From positions 896,001 to 960,000 of the forward strand of contig CAWDFP010000006.1 of the NCBI GenBank assembly GCA_963801605.1: a DNA stretch of 64,000 nucleotides. The letters run 5' to 3'. The notes below the pieces were generated by a model that made no database searches, was not told the DNA's origin, and saw only the letters and a list, made by a program, of their open reading frames with translations. Made by a program: the position numbers and the translations under genes. Each line of letters starts with the position of its first letter. The first letter of the stretch is position 1. Source of the DNA: an uncultured candidate division Zixibacteria bacterium. GTDB taxonomy: Bacteria > Zixibacteria > MSB-5A5 > UBA10806. Shown piece after piece: positions 51,402-62,259 of this stretch.

Positions 51402-53732
51402 AATTGCGGTATCCTAACATATCGCGAAGGCAAATCAGGAGCGGCCTGGCGGTCCTACTTATCCTCTTATTAATGGGGATATTCCTGGACCGCCTGGTCT
51501 TCCCCTTACCGCTTGATAGTCTTCATAAGCCATCGGCTACATTTGTTTATAGTCACGATGGCAATCTCATGAGCTGTTTTGCGGCCCGCGATAGCTACTG
51601 GCGAAAACCTGTCAAGCTTTCCGAAATATCGCCGCTTCTGGTGCGAAGCGTAATCGCCTGCGAGGATCGCTGGTTTTATTATCATCCCGGAGTAAATCCT
51701 ATCTCTCTTGTTTCTGCGGCGGTTGACGATCTCAAAGCCGGAAAGGTCGTCCGTGGAGGTTCCACGATCACCATGCAAATCGCGCGCATGATGGAGCCAA
51801 AATCAAGAACGCTTAAGGCCAAAGTGATTGAAATTTTACGCGCTTTCCAACTTGAATTGCATTACTCCAAGCGCGAACTACTCGAGCTTTATTTCAATAT
51901 GGCGCCGTACGGAGGGAATATCGAGGGAGTCGGAACCGCGGCATATTTTTATTTCGGAAAACGGCCGATAGAACTATCCGCTTCGCAGGCGGCGCTCCTG
52001 GTTTCAATTCCCAACTCTCCAACAGCGCTTCGACCCGATTTGTATCTTGAGCGCAGTCTTCGCGCCAGGAAACGCGTTCTGGAAATAATGCTTTCTCGCG
52101 GGATAATTTCTAGAAAGGTAAATATACCGAGGCCCTTGATGAGGAGATAAAATCAAAACGATATGAGCCGCCGGCCTTTGCGCCTCATCTTTCGAGAGAA
52201 CTTGCCCTAAAAAATCCCGGACGGCCTGAAATCGTTTCGACTATCGATCTTAGATTTCAAAATATCTGCGAGGGGATTGTTAAAAATCATAAGGATTATT
52301 TAGCGGCCAAAGGAATCAGTAATGCAGCGGTGGTCATCTTAAAAAACTCAACCTGCGAAGTTGTCTCAATGGTTGGATCGGCAAATTTTAACGATGTAGC
52401 GCATCAAGGACAAGTCAATGGGGCAACTTCACCTCGTTCGCCGGGTTCGGCGTTAAAACCGTTTCTGTACGCAATGGCACTCGATAAAGGTTTGTTTTCC
52501 CCAAGTTCGCTGGTAGAGGACCTGCCGGTTTATTTTGGAGGATATTCGCCGGAAAACTACGATAAAGAATACCGCGGCGCCGTCTCGATGGCTGAAGCTT
52601 TGAGGCTTTCGCTCAATATTCCGGCTGTAACGATTTGTTCGAAAGTTGGCCAGGACGATTTTTACAGACTTCTTAAAAGCGGAGGGATTTCAACTCTCTA
52701 TCGCAAAGATTATGATTATGGCCTGCCGATTGTACTAGGAGCTTGCGAAATCAAACTCGTTGAACTTTCTGCGCTTTATAGCTCCCTGGCCCGTGATGGC
52801 ATATATATTCCTTTTAAAACAGAGCTTGCGACAGAATCAGGCGATACTACCAAATTATTTTCGCCGGGCGCATCATATATTATATCCGAGATTTTGAGTG
52901 AGCTTGAGAGGCCTGATTTTCCGTCAAGCTGGGAATTTGCCCCGGATATTCCTAAGGTTGCCTGGAAAACAGGCACATCGTATGGCCGCAAAGATGCCTG
53001 GTCAATCGGCTACAATCCAGATTATACGGTTGGCGTTTGGACAGGAAATTTCTCAGGAGAATCGTCACCCGATCTGGTGGGCGCCGGGGCCGCCGCGCCA
53101 ATCCTTTTTGAAATATTCGAATCTCTTGGTAACGGCCGAAGCGCCGGATGGTTCTCGCAGCCATCCGATGTCGCCACTCGAACGGTATGCGCAGTTAGTG
53201 GATTGCCTCCAAACCCCAACTGCCCTACAACAATCACCGAATTATATCTCGCGGGAGTATCTCCGGTCCAAACGTGCGAAATCCATAAAATGATTTTGGT
53301 CGATTCAGTCAGTGGCTATCGTCTCTGCCGTTTTGCTCCCGGAGTAAAAAGATAATCGAAAAAGTATACGAGGACTGGCCCCCCAAGCTTGCTACCTGGT
53401 TTGCTCAATCGGGAAAATTGGCGCTCGATATTCCTGAACATAATCCCGATTGTACCGGCACTTATGCCGGAGAAGGGCCCGTAATCATCTCACCGAACGA
53501 CGACGCCGTTTATGTTTTCAGAGAGCATGTTCCAGCCAATGAACAGGAAATTGCACTGGAGGCCTCGGCTTCATCAGGAGCACATGAACTTTATTGGTTT
53601 ATCGACGGCGAACTGTACAGACAAGCCAAACCGGGCGAGAAAATATTCTATGCGCCGGAGCCGGGAATCCATAAGCTTATTTGCAGTGATGAGGAAGGTC
53701 GATCCAGCTCGCTAACTCTTCGAATCGAATAG
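51398..53732 (+). CDS. pbpC: Penicillin-binding protein 1C; two frameshifts (~52115, ~53332)
   Basis: EDRWFYYHPG, GGSTITMQ, SPGSALKP, SLN, KTGTSYG, C-terminal BiPBP_C-like domain. Canonical pairing with alpha-2-macroglobulin. Confidence 0.88.
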
Positions 53733-54048
53733 CCCCCTAATTGATATTCGCTCGCATATGTGTAAGTCGTTTATTTATATAGTATTATGCGGAAAATAAA
53801 TATTCTTATTGACAGCGGGTCTTAACTCCTTAATTTATTGGCCGGTGATGGGAAGATAATGTGTTGGTGGTTGATGATGGCAAGCTCAAATACCAAATCT
53901 AACGATTTCTATTCTTATAGTAAATATGGCGTTCGCCAAATTGGCTTGGGCCTATTTTATCTTGTCATAGAAGGAATCTCCATTTTCAAAGAAATTATGG
54001 CTTAATATTTCGGCCGCGAATGCCGATACTTAATAGTAATGGTAATTA

Positions 54049-54066
54049 TTGTGAAATAATTCACAT
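54049..54066 (+). promoter_or_regulatory. Rex operator (upstream)
   Basis: TTGTGAAATAATTCACAT versus consensus TTGTGAA-N4-TTCACAA. Confidence 0.7.
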
Positions 54067-54154
54067 CAACGCAGCGTGCGATCTTAGAGATAATTAAGCC
54101 AATCAAGTGTAATAACCTGAAACTGATGATAATGAAACTAAAAATGCTTTTAAC

Positions 54155-54183
54155 TTGCTTTATGTGAAATATTTCACTATTAT
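54155..54183 (+). promoter_or_regulatory. sigma70 promoter TTGCTT-N17-TATTAT with a Rex operator in the spacer
   Basis: ATGTGAAATATTTCACTA at 54162-54179 sits between the -35 and -10 boxes. Confidence 0.7.
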
Positions 54184-54312
54184 TGCGGCAATGGGTAAGA
54201 TTAAAGAGTATTGAAATATGAGAAACTTACTCGGAATAACAGAAAAGATATCCTCAATGGGACGAAATGCCCGGCGCGGACTGATTTTCTATTGTTCTGA
54301 AAAGGAGGAAAT

Positions 54313-54939
54313 GTGACAGAAAGGCAGAAATGGGATAAGATCACTTACGAAGCCGAACTCGATCCCAGGTTTGCCGAGGAGATCGCCGCCTTTCCCGGCG
54401 GAGACAAGATCTTCAACTGCATCCAATGTGGCACTTGCAGCGGGATATGTCCGATGAGTACCTACATGGACTACACCCCTCGTCGCATAGTGGCCATGAT
54501 CCGAGCCGGATTCAAACAGGATGTGCTTAGAAGCCACACTACCTGGCTTTGTGCCTCCTGTTATGCTTGCACGGTCGAATGCCCCAAAGGGGTTAAAATC
54601 ACCGATGTTATGTACGCCTGCAAGCGCATGGCAATCAAAGAGGGAGTTTATCCCAAAGGGTTCCCAATCCCAGTTTTAGCCCGCGTCTTCTATAACGAGG
54701 TCGAAAAAATGGGCCGCAGCAACGAGGGACCGATAATCGTAAAACTTTATCTCAAAACCAAACCCTTGGCGATGTTCAAGCAAATGGGATTGGGCATGAA
54801 ACTCTTTTTCCAGGGGCGCATGGGACTTAAGATGGAATCGATCAAGAAAAAAGATGAGCTTAAAAAGATCTTAAGCTATTTCGAAAAAGAATCCAAGCCC
54901 GCTAAAATAGGCGGATCGATCCGGAAGGAGGTTGTGTGA
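54313..54939 (+). CDS. hdrC: Heterodisulfide reductase subunit C
   Basis: CIQCGTCSGICP and WLCASCYACTVECP. Confidence 0.9.
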   Translation: MTERQKWDKITYEAELDPRFAEEIAAFPGGDKIFNCIQCGTCSGICPMSTYMDYTPRRIVAMIRAGFKQDVLRSHTTWLCASCYACTVECPKGVKITDVMYACKRMAIKEGVYPKGFPIPVLARVFYNEVEKMGRSNEGPIIVKLYLKTKPLAMFKQMGLGMKLFFQGRMGLKMESIKKKDELKKILSYFEKESKPAKIGGSIRKEVV

Positions 54940-55820
54940 GCTATTTGTACTTCCCCGGATGCTCCCTTAAGGGCAGCGGTAAGGCTTACGAGGAATCGTT
55001 TTTGGCGGTTTCGAAGGCGCTGGGTGTCGGCTTAACTGAAATCGAAGATTGGAATTGTTGTGGGGCGACCGCTTATATGGCGGTTAATGAGCTTAACTCG
55101 TTTGCTCTGACCGCGCGCAACCTTGCAATCGCCGAAAAGCATGCCGATAAGCGTGGCAGTGTCGATATGATCGCCCCCTGCGCCGCTTGTTACCTGGTGT
55201 TGAATAAAACTCAGAAATATCTTTCAGAGTATGACGGTATATCGAACAAAGTTAATCAGGCGCTCAACGCCGCTGGACTAAGCTATGAAGGCCGAGTTAA
55301 AATCCGCCATCCCCTTGATGTCTATCTCAATGACGTCGGCGTTGAAAAAATGAAATCAATCGTTAAAAAGCCGCTGACGGGGATGAAGGTGGCCTGCTAT
55401 TATGGCTGCCAGATTGTTCGGCCCTTCGCGACGTTTGATGATCAATACAATCCGACCAGCATGGACAAGATATTACAAGCTATGGGGGCGGAAACAATTG
55501 ATTGGCCGCTTAAAACCCGCTGCTGTGGCGGCTCACTAACCGGCACGATCCAGGAAGTCGGTATGCGGCTAAGTTACGTGCTTCTGCGCGAGGCCAATCG
55601 GTTAGGCGCCGACGCCGTTGCCACGGCTTGTCCGCTTTGCCAGTTTAATCTTGAATGCTACCAAAAGGATATGACCAAAAGTTACCATGAAAAAGTCGAT
55701 TTGCCGGTAGTCTACTTTACTCAACTAATGGGAAAAGCCCTCGGCCTTGGCGAAAAGGAACTTGGACTACAAAGGGTTTTTGTGCCGCTTAAGCCTATTC
55801 GGGCGACTGTCACCGAATGA
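54936..55820 (+). CDS. hdrB: Heterodisulfide reductase subunit B
   Basis: YFPGC, DWNCCG, APCAAC, YYGC, RCCGG, ACPLCQFNL. Confidence 0.92.
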   Translation: MSYLYFPGCSLKGSGKAYEESFLAVSKALGVGLTEIEDWNCCGATAYMAVNELNSFALTARNLAIAEKHADKRGSVDMIAPCAACYLVLNKTQKYLSEYDGISNKVNQALNAAGLSYEGRVKIRHPLDVYLNDVGVEKMKSIVKKPLTGMKVACYYGCQIVRPFATFDDQYNPTSMDKILQAMGAETIDWPLKTRCCGGSLTGTIQEVGMRLSYVLLREANRLGADAVATACPLCQFNLECYQKDMTKSYHEKVDLPVVYFTQLMGKALGLGEKELGLQRVFVPLKPIRATVTE

Positions 55821-55832
55821 AAGGAGCTGCAA

Positions 55833-57834
55833 ATGTCTGAGAATAAAAGTAATGGCGCTCCTAAAATTGGGGTTTATGTCTGCCATTGCGGAATTAATAT
55901 CGCCAGTAAAGTTAATATATCGGAGACTGTGGATTTTGCCAAAACCCTCCCAAATGTGACCGTAGCTCGCGAATACAAATTCATGTGCTCCGACCCCGGT
56001 CAGGATCTTATCGCTCAGGATATTAAAAGCGGTCTGGTCGATCGCGTCGTGGTGGCCTCTTGTTCGCCTCTAATGCACGAGGCAACGTTCCGCCGGGCCA
56101 CCGAGAAGGCCGGCGAGAATCCCTTCATGTTCCAGATGGCCAATATCCGCGAGCATGTGAGTTGGGTTACATCCGATAAAGAAGCGGCCACTCAAAAATC
56201 GAAAGCGTTGATAGCGGCCGCGGTCAGGCGAGTGGCCCTGCACCATCCGCTTGAGCAAAAGAAAGTGCCGGTTAATCCTAATGTAATGGTGGTTGGCGGC
56301 GGTATTGCCGGAATCCATGCCGCATTAACTCTGGCTGCGGCCGGCAAGAAGGTTTATCTCGTCGAACGCGAACCTACTATCGGCGGCCACATGGCCAAAT
56401 TCGATAAAACCTTCCCAACTCTCGATTGCGCTGCCTGTATTCTGACACCAAAAATGTCGCAGGTTAAGGGCAATAAGAATATCACCCTCTGGACATATTC
56501 CGAGGTTGACTCCGTTGAAGGTTATGTCGGAAATTTCAAAGTCAAGGTGAGGCGCAAACCACGTTATGTAATCGAGGACCTCTGCGTGGGATGCTCGGTT
56601 TGTATCGATGAATGCACGTATAAATCGGGCCGCTTCCCTGATGAATTCAACGAAGGTCTTTGCAAACGCAAACCGGTCTATATGCCTTTCCCGCAGGCCA
56701 CACCGTCGGTGGTCTTGATCGATCCCGAGACTTGCTTGAAGTTCCAAAAGGGAGGTAAGTGCAAAGCCCCTTGCGCCACATCGTGCGAACGGGAAGCTAT
56801 CGACTTTGAACAGAAGGACGAGATTAAGGAGATCGAGGTTGGCGCTATAATCATGGCCACTGGTTTCCAGACATTTAATGCTAAACAAATACCTCGCTAC
56901 GGTTACGGCAAATATTCACAAGTAATGACCAGCCTCGAAGTGGAGCGTCTGGTTAACGCCTCCGGCCCGACCGGCGGTGAGGTGGTTATGGCTGATGGCA
57001 AAAAACCGAAATCGGTTGGTATTGTGCATTGTGTGGGGAGCCGCGATGTCAACACTCACGCCTACTGCTCACGGGTTTGCTGCATGTATTCGCTCAAGTT
57101 AGCGCATCTGGTCAAAGAACGTACCGGAGCGGAGGTATACAACTTCTATATCGATATGCGAACTCCCGGCAAGGGATACGAGGAGTTTTACGATAAGCTC
57201 CTAAAAGAGGGCGTGCACTTTATCCGAGGGCGCGTGGCTGAGATTTCGGACTGGGCCATGACTCCCGAGGAAGAGGGTAAGCTCGTAATCAGGGCGGAGG
57301 ATACGTTGGTTGGCGTGGTTCGTCGTATACCGGTCGACATGGTTATCCTCTCTGTAGGCTTGGAGCCGCGCAAAGATGCCGATGATATGCGTCGTCAAAT
57401 TCAATATCAGTTGCAGCGCGGATGGTTGGTTCCTGGAACGTCATCCCAAGTTAGCGCCGGTATCAACCTTTACGGATGGCGTATACTTAGCCGGAGCATG
57501 CCAGGGTCCAAAGGATATCCCAGATACAGTTGCCCAGGCCGGCGCAGCCGCTGCCGAGGCTTTGGCGATTATTGATCGCGGTTATGTGGAACTTGAGCCG
57601 AATACTGTTTTCCTGCAAGATGAGTTCTGCTCGGGCTGCAGGACCTGTATCGGCCTCTGCCCTTACAGCGCCTTGAGTTTCGACGCCGAGAAAAACACTG
57701 CCGTCGTCAACGGCGCGCTCTGCAAAGGATGCGGCACCTGCGTGGCGGCTTGCCCGTCGGGAGCTTTGCAGCAAAACCTGTTTACAGATGAGGAAATTTA
57801 CGAAGAAATCAAGGGAGTATTAAATTATGTCTGA
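55833..57834 (+). CDS. hdrA: Heterodisulfide reductase subunit A; 1-nt frameshift near 57395
   Basis: VYVCHCG.NI, GGGIAG, KTFPTLDC, CVGSRD, CSRVCCMY. The C-terminus continues in ORF 57376-57834 (ERHPKL, GACQGPKDI, two ferredoxin motifs). Confidence 0.92.
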
Positions 57835-58297
57835 TAATGCTAAACCGTTCGAGCCCAGAATAGTGGCCTTCTTCTGCAATTGGTGTACTTACACCGGGGC
57901 CGATCTGGCTGGCATCTCGCGCATGACTTATGCCCCCAATGCCAGGATCGTACGTATTATGTGCTCCGGCCGCCTCGACCCGCAGTTTATCATGACAGCA
58001 TTCAGGGAGGGCGCCGATGGTGTCCTCATTGGCGGCTGTCATCCCGGCGATTGCCACTATCAGGAAGGAAACTACAAAGCCTTGCGTCGTTTCACGCTTC
58101 TGAAAAATGTCTTGAAAGATTTCGGAATCGATGAGAAGAGAGTTAGGCTGGAATGGATTTCGGCCTCCGAGGGAGATAGAGTTCAAAAGGTAATGAATGA
58201 AATGAGCGAAACAGTCCGTCAGCTTGGACCGCTTAGGCTTGAAATACCAACTGAGCATGAAGGGGCCGTTCATGCGGCCAAAGGAGGTGCCAAGTGA
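57827..58297 (+). CDS. mvhD: F420-non-reducing hydrogenase [2Fe-2S] subunit D
   Basis: FFCNWCTY.GAD, MCSGR, GCHPGDCHY, WISASEG. Confidence 0.93.
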   Translation: MSDNAKPFEPRIVAFFCNWCTYTGADLAGISRMTYAPNARIVRIMCSGRLDPQFIMTAFREGADGVLIGGCHPGDCHYQEGNYKALRRFTLLKNVLKDFGIDEKRVRLEWISASEGDRVQKVMNEMSETVRQLGPLRLEIPTEHEGAVHAAKGGAK

Positions 58298-59269
58298 GTA
58301 AGCCGAAAGTCGGATTTTATTGGTGCGCCTCCTGCGGTGGATGTGAGGAGGCTGTAGTCGATCTCAACGAGGATATCTTAAAGGTCGTCGATGCGGTCGA
58401 TATCGTCTTCTGGCCTGTAGCGCTTGATTTCAAGCGTGAGGATGTGGAGAAGATGGCAGGATGGCGAGATGGCGGTTTGCTTTGTAAATGGCGCTATCCG
58501 AAGCTCCGAACAGCTTGAAATGGCCGAACTGATGCGAAAAAAATCCGGACTGTTGGTGGCTTTTGGAAGCTGTGCCCAACTTGGTGGAATTCCCGGATTA
58601 GCAAATCTTAAAAGTCTTAATGGTATTCTGCAGCGCGCCTATATCGAGGCCCAAAGCGTAACTAACGATCAAAAGACGATTCCCCAATTGGAGACCATAG
58701 TTCCCGAGGGGAAAGTCTTTCTGCCTAAACTCTGGGAAACTGTAAAAACATTGGATCAGGTGGTCGATGTAGATTATTATTTACCAGGTTGCCCTCCTCC
58801 GACTAAGCTCATCGTGGGTGCAGTCATGGCGATTCTCGAAGGAAAGCTTCCGCCTAAGGGAGCGGTTCTCGCGCCGGATATCGCCCTCTGCGAGGAATGT
58901 CCTCGCAAGAAGACCAAACCGGATAAACCGTTGCTGAAGGATTATAAAAGGCCACATGAGATTATTATCGATCCGGAAAAATGCCTCCTATCTCAAGGCC
59001 TATTATGCCTGGGCGCCGCCACGCGTAGCGCCTGCGATTCGGCCTGTGTAAATGCTAATATGCCGTGTACTGGATGTATGGGCCCGACCAGCCATGTCAA
59101 AGATTATGGCGCCAAGGCTCTTTCGGCAATAACTTCGATACTTGATTCCAACGATGAGAAGGAAATCGCGGCAGCTATGGCGCATATAGTTGATCCGACC
59201 GGCACCTTCTATCGTTACAGCCTGCCGGCCTCACAGCTTCACAAGAGAGTCGGAAAGGAGAAGGTATGA
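58294..59269 (+). CDS. mvhG: [NiFe]-hydrogenase small subunit; 1-nt frameshift near 58459
   Basis: CASCGGCE, FGSCA..GG, LPGCPP, CEECP, CLG.ATR..C...C, PCTGC.GP. Confidence 0.9.
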
Positions 59270-60729
59270 AACGCGAAATAATAATTGACCCCATCACTCG
59301 GTTAGAGGGTCATGGCAAGATAAATATATTCCTCGATGATGCCGGGAACGTTGAAAAAGCATACTTTCAGGTTCCCGAACTAAGAGGTTTCGAGAAGTTT
59401 GCCGAGGGCCGTCCTGCCGAGGATATGCCGCAGATAACATCGCGTATCTGTGGAGTCTGCCCCACAGCACATCACATGGCTGCGACCAAAGCGCTGGATG
59501 ATCTCTACAAAGTCGATCCGCCATCGGCAGCCAAAAAAATCCGGGAGCTATTCTATAATGTCTTCTATGTAGAAGATCATGCTCTGCATTTCTTCTTCTT
59601 AGGCGGACCTGATTTTGTAGTCGGTCCCACTGCTCCCAAAGGCCAGAGAAATATCTTAGGTGTTTTGGGTAAAGTTGGCCTGGAGATCGGCAAGGAAGTC
59701 ATCGGGCTTCGTAAGCAAATGCGAGAGCTGATGGTTCTCACCGGCGGCAAAGCGATTCATCCAGTCCTGGGATTACCCGGCGGAGTTTCCAAGGCGATTT
59801 CGAAGGATGATCAGGTGAAGTTTATTGCGGCTGGTGAGCATGCGGTAAAATTCGCCGAATTCAGCCTCAAGATATTTGCTGATGTGGTTCTTAAAAACAA
59901 GCAGTATGTAGATTGGATTCTTTCCGATACCTACACCCATAAGACCTATTATATGGGCATGGTCGATAGCAAGAACAAGGTCAATTTCTACGATGGATTG
60001 ATTAGAGTTGTCGGCCCGGATGGCAAAGAGTTTCTGAAATTCAAAACTCAGGATTATCTCAAGCACGTGGCCGAACATGTCGAGCCCTGGAGCTATATCA
60101 AATTCTGTTATCTCAAAGATGTTGGCTGGAAAGGTTTCGAAGAAGGGCCGCGAAGCGGTATTTATGCGGTTGCGCCATTAGCTCGTCTCAACGCGTCCGA
60201 TGGCATGGCAACCCCTAAAGCTCAGGCTGCTTACGAAGAGTTTTTCAAAACACTCGGCGGAAAACCGGTGCATCACACACTGGCCAATCACTGGGCCAGG
60301 CTGGTCGAAATGCTCTATGCCGCAGAGAGAGTGCTCGAGCTCGCCAAAGACCCCGAAATAACCGATCCGAACGTTCGTACTCTTCCCGTTGAAACACCCA
60401 AAGAGGGTATCGGCATAGTTGAGGCTCCTCGGGGAACGCTTTTCCATCATTATCAATCTGATGATCGCGGAGTTGTTACCAAGGCCAATTTGATCGTAGC
60501 TACCCAGAATAACGCGGCGCGCATGGCAATGTCGGTCGATAAGGCGGCTCGTGGCCTGATTAAGAACGGTAAGGCCGATGACGGTATCCTGAATATGATC
60601 GAGATGGCATTCCGCGCCTACGATCCGTGCCATGGCTGCGCGACACATGCTCTTCCGGGACAGACACCAATCCTGGTGCGTATATATGGTAAAGATGGCC
60701 AGGTAAAACAGGAAATAAGACGGGACTAA
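59266..60729 (+). CDS. mvhA: [NiFe]-hydrogenase large subunit (group 3c-type)
   Basis: TRLEGHG, L1 RICGVCPTAH, EAPRGTLFH, L2 DPCHGCATH followed by a cleavable C-terminal extension. Confidence 0.93.
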   Translation: MKREIIIDPITRLEGHGKINIFLDDAGNVEKAYFQVPELRGFEKFAEGRPAEDMPQITSRICGVCPTAHHMAATKALDDLYKVDPPSAAKKIRELFYNVFYVEDHALHFFFLGGPDFVVGPTAPKGQRNILGVLGKVGLEIGKEVIGLRKQMRELMVLTGGKAIHPVLGLPGGVSKAISKDDQVKFIAAGEHAVKFAEFSLKIFADVVLKNKQYVDWILSDTYTHKTYYMGMVDSKNKVNFYDGLIRVVGPDGKEFLKFKTQDYLKHVAEHVEPWSYIKFCYLKDVGWKGFEEGPRSGIYAVAPLARLNASDGMATPKAQAAYEEFFKTLGGKPVHHTLANHWARLVEMLYAAERVLELAKDPEITDPNVRTLPVETPKEGIGIVEAPRGTLFHHYQSDDRGVVTKANLIVATQNNAARMAMSVDKAARGLIKNGKADDGILNMIEMAFRAYDPCHGCATHALPGQTPILVRIYGKDGQVKQEIRRD

Positions 60730-60736
60730 TAAATTT

Positions 60737-61210
60737 GTGAAGACGCTTGTATTGGGACTCGGCAACGAGCTCATATCGGATGATGGCCTGGGGCTGTTGG
60801 CAGTACGACGGCTTAAAGAAGAAAATGGCACTTCCGCTGAGATTATCGAAAGCGGTTTGTGCGGTATGGCACTTCTCGATCTCTTCGTTGGCTTCGAGAG
60901 AGCCATTATCGTCGATGCAGTCAAGACTGGTCGCGGGGTTCCCGGTACCATCTATGAGTATAATCCGGATGATCTCGGGCCGGTGTTTGCGCCATCACCT
61001 CATTACAGCGGCCTTCCGGAATTATTGGATACGGCTGCCCAACTTGGGCTTGATTTTCCCGGTGAAATCAAGATATTTGCAATGGAGGTTTCCGATCCTT
61101 ATACTATAGGGGGCGGACTTACCAAACAGGTTGATGAGTCATTGGGAAATCTCGTTGAGAAAATCAGGACCCAGTTGCGTTACTGGGAAAAGGTGGAAAC
61201 TGATGCATGA
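60737..61210 (+). CDS. Hydrogenase maturation endopeptidase
   Basis: LVLGLGN.L.SDDG.G, IIVDAV, SPH. Confidence 0.9.
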   Translation: MKTLVLGLGNELISDDGLGLLAVRRLKEENGTSAEIIESGLCGMALLDLFVGFERAIIVDAVKTGRGVPGTIYEYNPDDLGPVFAPSPHYSGLPELLDTAAQLGLDFPGEIKIFAMEVSDPYTIGGGLTKQVDESLGNLVEKIRTQLRYWEKVETDA

Positions 61211-61547
61211 GTATTCGATAGTTCAAGATCTCGTGGAGCGGCTTCTTCATGAGATGGAAGAAAAAGGCGCAACAAGCGTTAAGCAAATTCGTTTGCGACG
61301 CGGCAGCACTTTCGCGGAGGCTCCGCTTCAACAGGCATTTCTAATTATGTCTGAAAATACTCCTTTAGAAGGCGCCGAGCTTGTAATCGAATCTTTCAAT
61401 GTCGAATACAAATGCAAATCCTGCAGTCATTCCCAGGTTGTAACAGCGGATGATCTCATCGGCCATTTGTTCGTTTGCCCCGAATGCGGCGAGGCGGTTG
61501 AGATGGACGAGGCCCACGGACTGGAACTTTTAGAAGTAGTTTATTAG
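61203..61547 (+). CDS. hypA: Hydrogenase nickel metallochaperone
   Basis: MHEYSIV start at 61203, CKSC and CPECG. Confidence 0.92.
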   Translation: MHEYSIVQDLVERLLHEMEEKGATSVKQIRLRRGSTFAEAPLQQAFLIMSENTPLEGAELVIESFNVEYKCKSCSHSQVVTADDLIGHLFVCPECGEAVEMDEAHGLELLEVVY

Positions 61548-61571
61548 TCGCGAGTTTAGAGTTATGATTTG

Positions 61572-61606
61572 AACGAGGTGTACGAAAGTATGCCTTGTTT
61601 TTATTT
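61572..61606 (+). terminator. Terminator of the hdr-mvh operon
   Basis: AACGAGGTGTAC-GAAA-GTATGCCTTGTT followed by a T-rich tail. Confidence 0.75.
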
Positions 61607-61621
61607 ATATAATTGCTGGAT

Positions 61622-61780
61622 ATGGCGCGGGTTCCGCCTTTCGACCCTCTGGGTCGAAAGTAGGAAATCCGCATTGAAATTGTAAATACTGCAAGATGAA
61701 ATATTTGAGAGGCTTTCATCTCGAAGTTGAATTTCTTGTAGCGGATTTCCGCCCAAAGGGGAGCGGAACCCGCGTGCCAT
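61622..61780. repeat. Nested-palindrome structured element (ncRNA or REP/MITE-like)
   Basis: Four to five mutually compatible, mostly perfect stems; see findings. Confidence 0.6.
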
Positions 61781-61911
61781 GACTGCAATCGCGATTTTTA
61801 ATAAAAAAATATAACCGCATCCTTACTTGGGACGATTAATCGATCCAATCTTAAATGCGGTTATTTGTTTTTTTATATGCTACGCCGGACAATTCCGGTG
61901 CGAAGACCTAA

Positions 61912-62259
61912 TTAAAAGCCGCGACCTCCGCCTCTGCCGCCACGGTCACCGCCGCGATCGCCGCCGCGTCCGCCACGGAATCCGCCACCGCCGCCGCCGT
62001 CTCTATCGCCGCGGCTCTCACGAGGACGAGCTTCACTAACCTTAAGCGACCGGCCCTTTAGGTCTTGACCGTTAAGCCCGCTGATAGCCGCTGTGGCTTC
62101 AGCCTTGGTTGGCATCTCTACAAATGCGAATCCTCTCGATTCACCGCTGAATTTGTCTTTGATAATTGTTGCGCTTGTTACCTGTCCGAAGGCCTCGAAT
62201 GCCTGCCGTAAATCCTCATCGGTGGCATCATGCGCTAAGTTACCCACGTAAATGTTCAT
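61912..62259 (-). CDS. RRM RNA-binding protein with Gly/Arg-rich tail
   Basis: RNP2 IYVGNL, RNP1 RGFAFVEM, RGG tail. GGAGG RBS. Confidence 0.93.
   Translation of the reverse strand: MNIYVGNLAHDATDEDLRQAFEAFGQVTSATIIKDKFSGESRGFAFVEMPTKAEATAAISGLNGQDLKGRSLKVSEARPRESRGDRDGGGGGGFRGGRGGDRGGDRGGRGGGRGF

Noticed and set aside
55833..59269. Selenocysteine read-through or programmed frameshifting in hdrA and mvhG
   Set aside because: The breaks are frame changes rather than in-frame TGA, the usual Sec positions are Cys, and no slippery heptamer is evident.
60178..60951. 257-aa minus-strand ORF
   Set aside because: Antisense shadow of mvhA and the maturation protease.
61920..62015. CCG/CCA-rich low-complexity repeat
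   Set aside because: It encodes the Gly/Arg tail of the RRM protein.
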